From assembly GCA_017444525.1 (NCBI GenBank), contig JAFSWL010000019.1:1-63938 (forward strand): a DNA stretch of 63,938 bases, written 5' to 3'. The position numbers were made by a program, and so were the translations under genes. This DNA comes from Alphaproteobacteria bacterium. GTDB taxonomy: Bacteria > Pseudomonadota > Alphaproteobacteria > RF32 > CAG-239. The notes below the pieces were generated by a model. The model was not told the DNA's origin. It saw only the letters and a program-made list of their open reading frames with translations, and did no database searches. Below, in pieces: positions 9,559 through 19,856 of this stretch. The number at the start of each line of letters is the position of its first letter. The stretch's first letter is position 1.

Positions 9559-12312
9559 ATGAAATCGGATATAAAAGCAGATAAAATGCCGGAACACTGG
9601 CTGAAAGGTATATTTTGCAAATTAACCGGAGCAATATTAATTGTTGTTCCATTGCTGATGTTGGCATCGGTTTTTGACTATCACACCACAGACAGATCTC
9701 TGAATCAAGTATCATCTGAAGCTACGGAAATTCAAAATTTTTTAGGTGTTTTTGGTTCTTACAGTGCCGATTTCATTCTCAGTTCTTTCGGTTTAGCGCT
9801 TATGATGTTTCTCTTGGTTCCGATTTTCTGGGGAATTAACTTATTACGCCGACATGAATTTCTTGAGTGGAAAATGCGAATTTTTGCTTGGCTTGTCGGT
9901 ATTATCAGCTTTGCTTGCTTTATAGATTTGACCTTTAGGAGTTATTTAGGCAAATTCAATCTTCCGCATAACTTAGCCGGAGATTGGACTACCCATTTCA
10001 GCAGTGCCCTCAACAGCTATGCCAATTATTTAACCATGCTCAAACCGCCGTACAACAAACTTATTTTGCTTATATTGTTGTTGTTTCTTAGCCTGATGGC
10101 TTTCAATTTTGCCGCCGGCATAACTTTCCGTTTTTGGTTGAGTTTACTGCAAAAAGTCCAAAACATTGGAAATAAATTCTTACATTTCTGCATCAAAATA
10201 TTCAAAAAAGCCGCACATATCCGCAGCTTTAATGAATTTAAAGAAATAAACCCGAGTTATATGCGGACTAAAATGCAAAATAAGCTAAACAATCTATATC
10301 CGCGACGCGAACCTGAATTTGAACGCAAAGAACCAATCATAAACAACCAAACTCTCAACGCTACGACTTCTCTGACCACACAGTTGCAGGAAACTCTACC
10401 AACTACCTCTACAGCATCAGGACCTAAAATCGTTATACCAAACCGGTCGGAATCGTTATCAACACCGATTGCAGCAACCGACAAAGAAACAAAGTCGACA
10501 GCCGATAATACCAAAAAATCGGTTAATCCGACCTTTGATTTTATTAATGAGCCTCAGGTTATGCAAAAAAAGCCTATCTTAAAAATTTCACCGCAAGACA
10601 TTTACCAGACAGAAGGCGTAAAAACAACAGCAATGCGTACCACTGCTAAACCTAATGCTGTCCAAGAAGAATTGTTGAATATTCCAACCTCAGCTCCGGC
10701 TCAGAAAACGTCGTTGCTGACTCCGATGGAACAGCGCACAAAAACCGTTGCCAAAGCGGCTGTACCTCAGGCTAAAAGCGATTTACCGCCGCAACCACTA
10801 ACCGATGTCTACACTTTGCCAAGTATTGATTTACTCTCGATTCCTAAGGATACAGGTACGATAGAGGTCGATGAAAATGCGCTAAAGGAACGTGCCGCCC
10901 GCTTGGAACAAGTACTCAATGACTTTAATATTCACGGACAAATCGTGGCCGTTCGCCCCGGACCGGTGGTTACACTTTATGAACTTGAGCCGAAAGCCGG
11001 TACCCGCACCGCGCGCGTCATCGGGCTATCGGATGATATTGCTCGTTCCATGGCCGTATCTTCGGTGCGTATGGCGGTTGTTGCCGGCCACAGTACCATC
11101 GGTATCGAATTACCGAACGAAAAACGACAAACCGTATGGATACGCGAATTGTTTGAAGATAACGAATTTATGACTAGCAAAAATATTTTGAATGTTGCTC
11201 TCGGCAAAGATATTGGTGGCCAGCATGTTTACGCCGATTTATCAAAAATGCCGCATCTGTTGGTTGCCGGCACTACCGGTTCTGGTAAATCAGTTGGTGT
11301 TAATACAATGATTCTGTCATTATTATATCGAATGACACCGAAACAATGCCGTTTTATTATGATTGACCCAAAGCAACTTGAATTCTCAATGTACAACGGC
11401 ATTCCGCACCTTTTAACACCGGTAATTACCGATCCGGCCAAGGCAGTTGTCGGGCTCAAATGGGCAGTTCAGGAAATGGAAAACCGCTATCGCCAAATGG
11501 CACTTTTGAACGTTCGCAACATTGCCGGCTACAATAAAAAAATCGAAGAAATGCAAAAAACCGGCAAAGGATTAAAAAAGACCATTCAAACCGGCTTTGA
11601 TAAAGAAACCGGACAGCCGATTTACGAGGAACAAATCATCGATACTTCGCCGATGCCGTATATTGTAATTGTGGTGGATGAGATGGCTGATTTAATGTTG
11701 GTTGCCGGCAAGGAAGTCGAAGCCGCGATTCAACGTTTGGCACAAATGGCACGCGCCGCCGGCATTCACTTAATCATGTCCACACAACGCCCGTCCGTTG
11801 ATGTAATTACCGGCGTAATTAAATCCAATTTCCCGAGCCGTATCAGTTTCCACGTAACCACCAAAATCGACAGCGGAACCATCTTGGGCGAAAATGGTGC
11901 CGAACAGCTCCTTGGCATGGGTGATATGCTGTTTATGTCGTCCGGCACTCGTCCGGTACGTGTTCACGGCTGTTTTGTGGCCGATGAAGAAGTTGAGCGC
12001 GTAGTAGAATTCATCAAATCACAAGGTGAACCGCAATATGTATCGGAAGTCACAGCCGGCGAACTCAACACCAAAGACACCGGTCCGGTATTTGACAAAG
12101 GAGATTTCGGCGGCGGCACTGATGAGGAAGATTTGTATCGTCAAGCGGTTGAAATTGTTTGTACCGATAAAAAGGCCTCTACCAGCTACGTTCAACGCAA
12201 ACTGCGTATCGGCTATAACCGCGCCGCTAATTTGATTGAGCGTATGGAACAGGAAGGTATTGTCAGTAAACAAGACCACGTCGGCCGTCGCGAAGTTTTG
12301 GGAGTGGATTGA
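9559..12312 (+). CDS. ftsK: DNA translocase FtsK
   Basis: N-terminal TM domain, long linker, [31 protein letters not shown], gamma domain IGYNRAA. Confidence 0.96.
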   Translation: MKSDIKADKMPEHWLKGIFCKLTGAILIVVPLLMLASVFDYHTTDRSLNQVSSEATEIQNFLGVFGSYSADFILSSFGLALMMFLLVPIFWGINLLRRHEFLEWKMRIFAWLVGIISFACFIDLTFRSYLGKFNLPHNLAGDWTTHFSSALNSYANYLTMLKPPYNKLILLILLLFLSLMAFNFAAGITFRFWLSLLQKVQNIGNKFLHFCIKIFKKAAHIRSFNEFKEINPSYMRTKMQNKLNNLYPRREPEFERKEPIINNQTLNATTSLTTQLQETLPTTSTASGPKIVIPNRSESLSTPIAATDKETKSTADNTKKSVNPTFDFINEPQVMQKKPILKISPQDIYQTEGVKTTAMRTTAKPNAVQEELLNIPTSAPAQKTSLLTPMEQRTKTVAKAAVPQAKSDLPPQPLTDVYTLPSIDLLSIPKDTGTIEVDENALKERAARLEQVLNDFNIHGQIVAVRPGPVVTLYELEPKAGTRTARVIGLSDDIARSMAVSSVRMAVVAGHSTIGIELPNEKRQTVWIRELFEDNEFMTSKNILNVALGKDIGGQHVYADLSKMPHLLVAGTTGSGKSVGVNTMILSLLYRMTPKQCRFIMIDPKQLEFSMYNGIPHLLTPVITDPAKAVVGLKWAVQEMENRYRQMALLNVRNIAGYNKKIEEMQKTGKGLKKTIQTGFDKETGQPIYEEQIIDTSPMPYIVIVVDEMADLMLVAGKEVEAAIQRLAQMARAAGIHLIMSTQRPSVDVITGVIKSNFPSRISFHVTTKIDSGTILGENGAEQLLGMGDMLFMSSGTRPVRVHGCFVADEEVERVVEFIKSQGEPQYVSEVTAGELNTKDTGPVFDKGDFGGGTDEEDLYRQAVEIVCTDKKASTSYVQRKLRIGYNRAANLIERMEQEGIVSKQDHVGRREVLGVD

Positions 12313-12358
12313 TACTCCGATTTCTATAATGCACACACCATTCAAAAAAACGCCATTC

Positions 12359-12385
12359 TTAAATTGTACCCCAAACGTTGGACTG
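12359..12385 (+). mobile_element. Possible isolated IS3-family terminal inverted repeat remnant
   Basis: TTAAATTGTACCCCAAACGTTGGAC resembles IS3-type ends; no transposase follows. Confidence 0.3.
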
Positions 12386-12502
12386 CAAAAAGGTGTTTTT
12401 GGCTTTTGCAAAGCTATTAAAGATAAATCAGGTAATTATACTCTTGTTTTTTAATTTGTTCTGAAATAATATACACACATATTTGACAGACAGGAGAAAA
12501 AT

Positions 12503-13072
12503 ATGTCATCATTAATACAATTTATAAAAATGCTTATATCCGGAAATACATTAAAAGGGATTAAGTTTAGAACCGATCTATCCACCATCTTAACATTTTC
12601 TGTTCTGATTATAGAAATCGCAATCTACTATATATATTGGGATTCTATTCCGAATATGATAAAATATGATTACGATTTTTCCGGCACCCCAAATAACATT
12701 TGTGAGAAACAATGGATATGGGCGAATATTTTATTGCAAATGTTTATTTGCGCTCTTGTATTTATCGTAAAACATTTATCATATAAAACAAAACGTATTC
12801 GCAACATTGTTTATGATAAGAACAATAACTTAATCCCAATTATAGATAAACGATTTTCCATGTTTGCATGGGAAACGGCCATGCTTTTTGTAACAACAGA
12901 ACAAGGCTATATTTTTGCGCTTACTGATATTATCGAAAGCCGTATGTGTGATGATATTGTAACCCTCATATTTCTATTTTGGCAGATTGTACTCATTATT
13001 GAATTTCGCTACGATTTAAAAGTACTAAGAGCTGAAAACATAAATATTAAAGAAGACGAAAAAAGAACATAA
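12503..13072 (+). CDS. Membrane protein with DUF1648-like motif
   Basis: YWDSIPNMIKYDYDFSGTPN after first TM helix; several TM segments; AGGAG RBS. Confidence 0.6.
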   Translation: MSSLIQFIKMLISGNTLKGIKFRTDLSTILTFSVLIIEIAIYYIYWDSIPNMIKYDYDFSGTPNNICEKQWIWANILLQMFICALVFIVKHLSYKTKRIRNIVYDKNNNLIPIIDKRFSMFAWETAMLFVTTEQGYIFALTDIIESRMCDDIVTLIFLFWQIVLIIEFRYDLKVLRAENINIKEDEKRT

Positions 13073-13113
13073 CAATATTAATATTGCTATGCTCTTAGAT
13101 AAACATTCAATAA

Positions 13114-13413
13114 TTAATTACAATAAATCGAATAGCTTTCCGGTGCGTAAATTCCCATAGTCAAACCACCCATCAAAGAATCATAAAATGTCCAATGGTT
13201 TTCTATGGCATTAATTCCGCTTGTCGGACATGCATTGATCAAATTATAATCTTTTTTCTGCCACATTCCCCAAAGGAAAAAATGACTTCTTCCTTCATAA
13301 GACGGAGATTTTTCTGCATTTTGCTGTGGATTAAGATTAAAACGGATAACGTGATCACTGCCGCAGGCCGAAAGTGTTAAGGCAAGCCCGATACAAATTA
13401 AGAGTTTTTTCAT
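13114..13413 (-). CDS. Bor/Iss-family lipoprotein
   Basis: Lipobox LSAC; SHFFLWG; C-terminal TMGIYAPESYSIYC. Confidence 0.8.
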   Translation of the reverse strand: MKKLLICIGLALTLSACGSDHVIRFNLNPQQNAEKSPSYEGRSHFFLWGMWQKKDYNLINACPTSGINAIENHWTFYDSLMGGLTMGIYAPESYSIYCN

Positions 13414-13772
13414 GTACAGTCCTTTTACAAAATATTGAGTCAAATATCTGATTATTAACATTATTAACTCTATATAAAGAATCCTCCGATGTCAAACTTT
13501 AAATAAATTCTTAACAAATATTTTATTTCAATTGGTTATATTAAATAATTTTGTTGAAAAACACCAAAGTCATAGCTTTTATGGTACATTACATAATACC
13601 AGAATCATCCCCTTTTTGCGTCCGTAAAAATCAGGGGACTTTCCAATTCTTATTTTAATTTGAAGATGCCCTAACGTTTCCTGACATAATCGAGGTATTG
13701 TTAGTTAAAAATATGTTATAAAAGATGTGATAAAGAAGAAAAAGGACGGACAAACGACGAGGGATATAACAC

Positions 13773-14102
13773 TTGGGCAAGAAAGTTGCCTTTATATTGC
13801 TAGGATTATTACCGGAATTGGGATACTTGAATAGACGGGAAATTGCTGCTCTTTGCGGTGTTGCACCTTTTGCTAAAGACAGCGGAATAATAAACGGTTA
13901 CAGACGAACTCAGAACGGAAGAATTGAGGTTAAGAAAGCATTGTTTATAGCAGCATTGGCGGCTGTTAAATTTGATTCTAAATATAAACCTGTTTATGAA
14001 AGTTTGCTTGAACGTGCCAAACCTAAAATGGTTGCTATTACTGCTATTATGCGTAAGTTAATCATTTACCTGAATGTTAAATCTAAAACTCTTTGTGAAT
14101 AA
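13773..14102 (+). pseudogene. IS110-family transposase C-terminal fragment
   Basis: LPELGYLNRREIAALCGVAPFAKDSG, GRIEVKKALF, KPKMVAITAIMRKL; N-terminal RuvC-like DEDD domain absent. Confidence 0.85.
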
Positions 14103-14229
14103 TTTTTTTAACTGGATTGATGACTTAAGGTTGTGTGCTACGTACAAAAACATCTAATATAGCCGCTCAACAAGATATTCAGCTCTTTTATAATAACAAA
14201 ATCAGCAGCTCATTTTAATTCAGTTGTTT

Positions 14230-15171
14230 TTACTTATAATTCCAAATCAGAGTGCACGGAGCATTTTCCGTACAGCTTTGACAATCTCTGCCGTCTTCGA
14301 TTTTGAAACTTTCAAAATCCGGATGTTCTGCCCAGTTATAATTACTAAAATCATGACATAAAGATGATGGCACCTCAGAATGTGTTATAATAAACATATT
14401 GCCTACACGACTGGCCTTAATTTCCCCACCTTCCGGACTGACTCTGAAAATTCCGACCGACTGCGGGTTCAGATAAGATGATTTTATGTCAGCTATTGGT
14501 GTACCGGTTTTATAGCCTTTGGCCTCAGCCAATACATCATATATTACCGAGACAACATTCTGTATTCTATATTTACTGTGCACTCGGGAATAACCGCTCA
14601 AAACTCCGGTAAATATCGCTACAATTATCGGAACCAGAACCATAAAAACAGGCATTGCCAAACCTTTCCACCGCTGCTCAGAATCTTCTGCCACTGCCTG
14701 TCCGTATTTATTATCTTTTTCCGAACCGCGAAAACACAGCACAATAGATAACGCAATTACATACATCAAAATGGCAAAAGAAACCCATACAACAAAAATC
14801 TTCGTTTTCAACAAAATACCGATTACAAACAAAATCACAGTACCTATCAGAGGTAATACCAAAAGCCATTTGAGCGCGCTTCTTCCGGTATCATGCAACC
14901 GGCGAACCATTGCCGCAAACCACGGAATAAGTATCAAAATACTATAAATGGATAAACTTACATTAACTCCTTCAACCGCTTCTGTAGATATCCGAACCGC
15001 CAATATCCCCAACAAACTAAACAACAGATGAACACCAAAGTTTATAAAACTGAAACCCCAATAATCATAACGCGAAGTCCGCCCTTTAAAATTAAAACAA
15101 TTTACCAAAACTTTAAAAAAGGCCTCAAAAATATTCTTACTTGACTCAACTTCCGAAAATTCTGTTTTCAT
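14230..15171 (-). CDS. DUF805 membrane protein with C-terminal pilin-like extension
   Basis: FNFKGRTSRYDYW, VRRLHDTGRS, NKYG; further TM followed by a Cys-containing domain. Confidence 0.75.
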   Translation of the reverse strand: MKTEFSEVESSKNIFEAFFKVLVNCFNFKGRTSRYDYWGFSFINFGVHLLFSLLGILAVRISTEAVEGVNVSLSIYSILILIPWFAAMVRRLHDTGRSALKWLLVLPLIGTVILFVIGILLKTKIFVVWVSFAILMYVIALSIVLCFRGSEKDNKYGQAVAEDSEQRWKGLAMPVFMVLVPIIVAIFTGVLSGYSRVHSKYRIQNVVSVIYDVLAEAKGYKTGTPIADIKSSYLNPQSVGIFRVSPEGGEIKASRVGNMFIITHSEVPSSLCHDFSNYNWAEHPDFESFKIEDGRDCQSCTENAPCTLIWNYK

Positions 15172-15235
15172 GGCATACTTCTCCGTTTTGACAATATAGC
15201 ACTTTTTTGTTGAATAACATAAATCAGCGAACAAG

Positions 15236-15490
15236 TCAAAGATTTTCAATAATGATCTTGCAGAACGTGATATATACACCGAAGGCTTCTCTGCGATATT
15301 TGGGTGCGAATACGATATGGTATTTACAACTCCACGTCGTGTGTGCTAATGTGTATGTGGTCATTTTAAAACCTCCTTTATATTATTTTGTTACTCAGTG
15401 GTCAGACTGTCTAACTCATTATATAAAGGAGGTTTTATGATGTAAAGCTATAAGCTTTCCGGAACCCCCAGACTATCTGGGGGTTTTCTT
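15236..15490 (-). mobile_element. tnpA: IS200 left-end remnant with truncated tnpA (ORF 15364-15236)
   Basis: Terminal hairpin AACCCCCAGA-TAG-TCTGGGGGTT, anti-SD/SD inverted repeat, ORF MTTYTLAHTTWSCKYHIVFAPKYRREAF (IS200 TnpA N-terminus). Confidence 0.85.
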
Positions 15491-15504
15491 TTTACAAAAA
15501 AAAC

Positions 15505-15533
15505 TTGACAAAAGCACATACATCAGGTATGAT
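15505..15533 (+). promoter_or_regulatory. Sigma70-like promoter
   Basis: TTGACA-17 nt-TATGAT. Confidence 0.65.
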
Positions 15534-15567
15534 AAGGCAAATAACCAATAGCAGGAGAAATAGAGAT

Positions 15568-16029
15568 ATGACATTCAGTATAAAGGGAACCATAGCAAAA
15601 ATTAAAGAAAAATCCGCAGACATTGAAAAAGAGAAAATTCTCGCTCACAACAAGGAATGTTTTAAACTACATTTTGACGACGGTTGCGGAGAAGTATTTG
15701 TTTACCCGCATGAGTGTCGCGGCAAAACCTCAAAGGGCAAAAATATCGGGTACATTTACGAAGGACTGTATCAAGGTCCGGATCTTCTTGGTGTTCGAGT
15801 TTATGAAAGTAGCAATGTTGAAGTAAATGAATTTAAAAATCTGCATCCCATAAAAAATAAATCAGGGAAAGAATTATTTTCGCTGGATGAATTAACAGAG
15901 TTTGACTATGAGCATACAAATAAAATTTGGAAAGAAGAAACGTTTAAATCTTCGCCTCAAGCTAATAACCTCAAGGCAGCAAGAGGTGTTATTAAAGAAA
16001 TGATAAACACTAAGCGAGTTAACGGCTGA
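15568..16029 (+). CDS. Hypothetical protein (orphan, basic C-terminus)
   Basis: Own promoter, AGGAG RBS and downstream terminator. Confidence 0.7.
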   Translation: MTFSIKGTIAKIKEKSADIEKEKILAHNKECFKLHFDDGCGEVFVYPHECRGKTSKGKNIGYIYEGLYQGPDLLGVRVYESSNVEVNEFKNLHPIKNKSGKELFSLDELTEFDYEHTNKIWKEETFKSSPQANNLKAARGVIKEMINTKRVNG

Positions 16030-16080
16030 CACTATCATCACCGTGACGGGCTGATTGCAAAGCAATGCCCACCATCATTA

Positions 16081-16108
16081 ATAACCGCCTCACAAGAGGC
16101 GGTTATTT
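16081..16108 (+). terminator. Rho-independent terminator
   Basis: ATAACCGCCTC-acaa-GAGGCGGTTAT followed by T residues. Confidence 0.65.
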
Positions 16109-16116
16109 GCTTTGCA

Positions 16117-16414
16117 AAAAAATAGAATTAGGCTAATAGAAAAAGGGTTTTTCCCGCAGTGTACAACCAATCAGCAATGATTTCGCAGAACGTGATATAT
16201 ACGCCGAAGGCTTCTCTGCGCTGTGCAAATTGCACAGTCCCAAAAAACTCTTTTAATGAGGTTAATACGAAGAAAGTTTCCTCGCGCGGTGTACAACACC
16301 ACCCCACAAAAAAACTCATAGAATTAGGCTAATAGAAAAAGGTTTTCTCCCGCGGTGTACAAAGTAGTACATAAGGGAAAAAACCTTTGATAGTAGCCAA
16401 TTATATGAGTTTTT
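16117..16414 (-). repeat. Stop-codon-anchored palindromic element (full copy ~16310-16414) plus two degenerate half-copies
   Basis: Inner stem AAAGGTTTTCTCCC/GGGAAAAAACCTTT; directly follows the rpsD TAG-TAA. Confidence 0.85.
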
Positions 16415-16415
16415 A

Positions 16416-17030
16416 CTATCTGGAGTAGTATTCGATAACCAAATTCGGCTCCATAACCGCCGCGTACGGAACATCTTCAAACTTCGGCACAAAAGTATAA
16501 GTAGCCTTTAACTTTTTGGTATCAACTTCCAAATAAGTCGGGCATTCGCGAGTTTGTGATTCGATTGCATTCAAAACAATGTTCAAACTCTTGGATTTTT
16601 CGCGAACTTCGATAACATCACCGACCTTAACCATATAAGACGGAATGTTTACCTTTTTGCCGTTAACGGTAACATGCCCATGGTTTACAAACTGACGAGC
16701 CGCAAATACGGTCGGAACAAATTTAGCTTTATAAACCAAATTATCCAAACGAGATTCCAACAAACCGATTAAGTTTTCGGCGGCATCACCCGAACGACGA
16801 ATAGCTTCGGCATAATATTTTCCGAATTGCTTTTCAGAAATATTACCGTAATAAACTTTCATCTTTTGCTTAGCAATCAATTGTTGACCATAGTCGGTAA
16901 CTTTTGCTTTTCTCTGACCATGTTGTCCAGGGCGATAGCTTCTTTTGTTAAACGGGCTGTTATTATCACCCCAAAGATTGTCGCCATAGCTACGGCTGAG
17001 TTTTTTCTTTGCAGAAACGATACTTTTCAT
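16416..17030 (-). CDS. rpsD: 30S ribosomal protein S4
   Basis: [32 protein letters not shown]. Confidence 0.97.
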   Translation of the reverse strand: MKSIVSAKKKLSRSYGDNLWGDNNSPFNKRSYRPGQHGQRKAKVTDYGQQLIAKQKMKVYYGNISEKQFGKYYAEAIRRSGDAAENLIGLLESRLDNLVYKAKFVPTVFAARQFVNHGHVTVNGKKVNIPSYMVKVGDVIEVREKSKSLNIVLNAIESQTRECPTYLEVDTKKLKATYTFVPKFEDVPYAAVMEPNLVIEYYSR

Positions 17031-17247
17031 TAAATTTATCCTTTTTTTGTTTGTTTACATTATTGTCCCGATAGTTGCAAACCTGAATTTACAACGAGAT
17101 TCTCCGCATTTGGACAATCTGCCTTCTCGGAAGTGAATGCAACGTACACTATTTTTACTTAACTTTCAAGCAAAAAAATGCAAATACTGAAAATAAAACA
17201 CTTTCGACAACAATTTTGCCGCAGAAATTTTAATAATCACCCCAAAG

Positions 17248-17820
17248 TCAGAAATTTTGTTTTTTATTCAAAACATATTTTTTCTTAATATTTGCAGAGA
17301 GTTCCTTACCTTTTTTCGGCGTAACGGTTTCAATGATTGTTCCGTTTTGTATGCCTTCGGCAATTCTGTCGGCGACAACTGTACCGGAAACAACACCTTT
17401 TCTTGTTTTATTTTTAAGTTTTGTTTTTACTTCCTCAATATGCGGCTTCATATCCGAAACGTATATTCTTCCATCACCCTCTATTGCCGCGACCATAGCA
17501 GCATCATGCCGCGATTTGGCGCTTTCCAATGCCATTTTCTTAGATTATTTATCAGCTCCGGCCTCAATTAAAAGCCGAGCAATTTTCGGTGTACCGGCAT
17601 AAAACAAAGAAGTATAACCGGCATCGTCTTTTATATTGACATCTGCACCTTCTTTAATTAGAAACTTAACAAATTTTTCTGAAACATCTTCTGCCACAAT
17701 AAGAGATAAAAAGGTGTTTCCGTGCTCATCTTGAGCATTTATATCGGCACCGACAGCCAATGCCTTTTTCACGTCATCCGGTGTTTCGGCATTAAACAAC
17801 ATCATTTCCGCTTGGTTCAT
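17248..17820 (-). pseudogene. Ankyrin-repeat protein split by an in-frame TAA (ORFs 17545-17820 and 17248-17535)
   Basis: GADINAQDEHGNT, GADVNIKDDAGYTSL; reads GADK*SKKMALES in one frame. Confidence 0.65.
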
Positions 17821-17832
17821 TATTCAAACTCC

Positions 17833-18618
17833 TTACTCGCGCACTTTATCATAAATATTGCAAATAATTTTGCTGACTTTTTTCTCTGCCTTTTTGACAG
17901 GTTGTGGCAATTTCACATTTTCCAATCCCAATTTTTGGGCCAATTTATTTCTTTTATTTGCCAAAAAAGACGTCTTTCGCGCTTTCTCATACATCAACGA
18001 TAACTCTGTTTCCTGCTTTGTTTTCTCTTCATCCAACGCTGCCAAAATATCTTTATTATCGACCTGAAAGTCCGAAACTATTTTATACAGATGTTTTAAA
18101 TTATCCAACGAGGCACCGGCAGAAACCAACATTTTAAATTGTTCTCCGTTATTATTCATTACAGCATAAACCAAAGCCGTGTTGCCGTTTTCATCAAACT
18201 CATTTACATCGGCACCGGCCTTTAGCAATAATTCTGTCTGCTTTGCCTCTCGTGCCAACATCAGCGCAGTTTGTCCGGTAATGATATGACCGCCCTTAAT
18301 ATCTTTTTGCTTGTTTTTAAAATCAACCTTCGCTCCGGCATCGATTAGCATTTCTGTTTCTTTTGCATTTGCAGCGAGCATCAAAGGAGAAAATCCGTGT
18401 TCATTTAAGATGTTTGGATTTGCACCGGCTTTTAATGCTTGTTCCATTATTTCCGTTCGATTGCCGCTGATGGCGACAATTTTGCCGTCTTTCGTTTCCA
18501 TATATTCATTATTCAACTTTGTGTATGCATCCATTTTAAGCGCATGTAACAGATATTCATCGGCCGAATCAAAAACATCCGCCGGCTCATCATTAGTAAA
18601 ATCGTGTTTATCACTCAT
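17833..18618 (-). CDS. Ankyrin-repeat protein
   Basis: GANPN..GFSPLM, GQTALMLA, GADVNEFDENGNTALVYA. Confidence 0.88.
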   Translation of the reverse strand: MSDKHDFTNDEPADVFDSADEYLLHALKMDAYTKLNNEYMETKDGKIVAISGNRTEIMEQALKAGANPNILNEHGFSPLMLAANAKETEMLIDAGAKVDFKNKQKDIKGGHIITGQTALMLAREAKQTELLLKAGADVNEFDENGNTALVYAVMNNNGEQFKMLVSAGASLDNLKHLYKIVSDFQVDNKDILAALDEEKTKQETELSLMYEKARKTSFLANKRNKLAQKLGLENVKLPQPVKKAEKKVSKIICNIYDKVRE

Positions 18619-18752
18619 CTTTCCACTCCTTTATTTAAGCAAATTATCTACGCTTTCAGTTTACCCCCCCCCGATTTTTGTCAAGTCTTTTTTACAAAAT
18701 TAAGGTGGATTTTCTAAAAAAAATGCCATAAATTAGCTTTAAGGAGAAAAAA

Positions 18753-18778
18753 TGTCATACCAGTTAATGTTTCAAAAA
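18753..18778 (+). repeat. 26-bp direct repeat of the TPR gene 5' end (other copy 19858-19883)
   Basis: TGTCATACCAGTTAATGTTTCAAAAA identical at both sites. Confidence 0.9.
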
Positions 18779-18858
18779 ACAGTATTTCGGAAAGATATTG
18801 ACTGAATCTGTAAAATATGATATAAACATACCCAAACAATAGATTTAAGGAGCATATA

Positions 18859-19842
18859 ATGAAACAGATTGATTTAAAAGAGCTTAGAACACTTTATGAT
18901 GAAAATAAAAAAAATCCGGAAATGGCATTAACAAAGGCCAAAGTTGCTATTTCGGCGGCCCATCCCATTGAACGTAAAAATAATCCGAATATTCCGATGA
19001 CCGATGCCGAGTGTATGGCTTATGCGCAAGCCATTTATATTACCGAACAGTTGCGGGATGATGCAGAACGGGCCGAAAAAAATTTTTTAAGAAATTACGC
19101 AGATGAATATTGTGAGAAATTCGGTACCTATGATATGGAAGAAGAAAAACTTCAAACTATGCCAAAATATCGGGATATTGCTCAGCAAACGGAGAATTGC
19201 AAAAAGAACAGTGCTGCCTTATTCAAACAAGCGCTTCTTTGCAATCCGGACGATGAACAATTGCGTTTACTTTGTGCCGGATGTTTATACAGAAACGAAA
19301 ATATGAAAGAAGCCACTTGTTTTAGAATGTTAGAAGATTCTGATATTGCTAAAGACTTAGCGTTATCGACCAGAGTTATTGATGCGGCGATTCAATGGAG
19401 AAAGGCGTTTGATAATTCCTCTCTCGGACAATACGATGATTTCAAAGTAATGGCAGCTTATGTCGGCAAAAATATGACACCTGCCGTGATGCTCGCCGGA
19501 GCCCCAAAAGACATTGAGGCAAGCAAACATCCGAGTTACGAACGCGGAATTCATTTATTAGGTAAACTTGAGCAAAGAATCCAAGGCAGTACATCACACC
19601 ACAAAGCCGTGGCTGACGAAACCATAGGGTGCGTAGGCACAATAGACTCTGAAGTTCTGCGTTCCGCTTTTGAAAACAGTCCGCGCTTTGCAAAAGCCTA
19701 TGGCAATCTTGAGAAAGCCTATAGAGAAGCCTATATCCGAGAAGCGGAAGATATGTTGGGTTTCTCCAATTCGCATGAGGTATATAATTTGGTAACAGCT
19801 AGAAAAGCACCGACAAATACCTCATCTCATGAGGGCAGATAA
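18859..19842 (+). CDS. Hypothetical protein (orphan)
   Basis: 327 aa, AAGGAG RBS, TTGACT-17-TATAAA upstream. Confidence 0.75.
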   Translation: MKQIDLKELRTLYDENKKNPEMALTKAKVAISAAHPIERKNNPNIPMTDAECMAYAQAIYITEQLRDDAERAEKNFLRNYADEYCEKFGTYDMEEEKLQTMPKYRDIAQQTENCKKNSAALFKQALLCNPDDEQLRLLCAGCLYRNENMKEATCFRMLEDSDIAKDLALSTRVIDAAIQWRKAFDNSSLGQYDDFKVMAAYVGKNMTPAVMLAGAPKDIEASKHPSYERGIHLLGKLEQRIQGSTSHHKAVADETIGCVGTIDSEVLRSAFENSPRFAKAYGNLEKAYREAYIREAEDMLGFSNSHEVYNLVTARKAPTNTSSHEGR

Positions 19843-19856
19843 CACAGGGGAAACCG

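Noticed and set aside
13600-14230. Active IS110 element with a bridge RNA
   Set aside because: Only the C-terminal transposase fragment remains; element ends or a bridge RNA could not be identified by eye.
15368-15445. Type I toxin-antitoxin locus (sequestered AAAGGAGGT followed by ATG ATG TAA)
   Set aside because: Better explained as the IS200 anti-SD hairpin on the minus strand.
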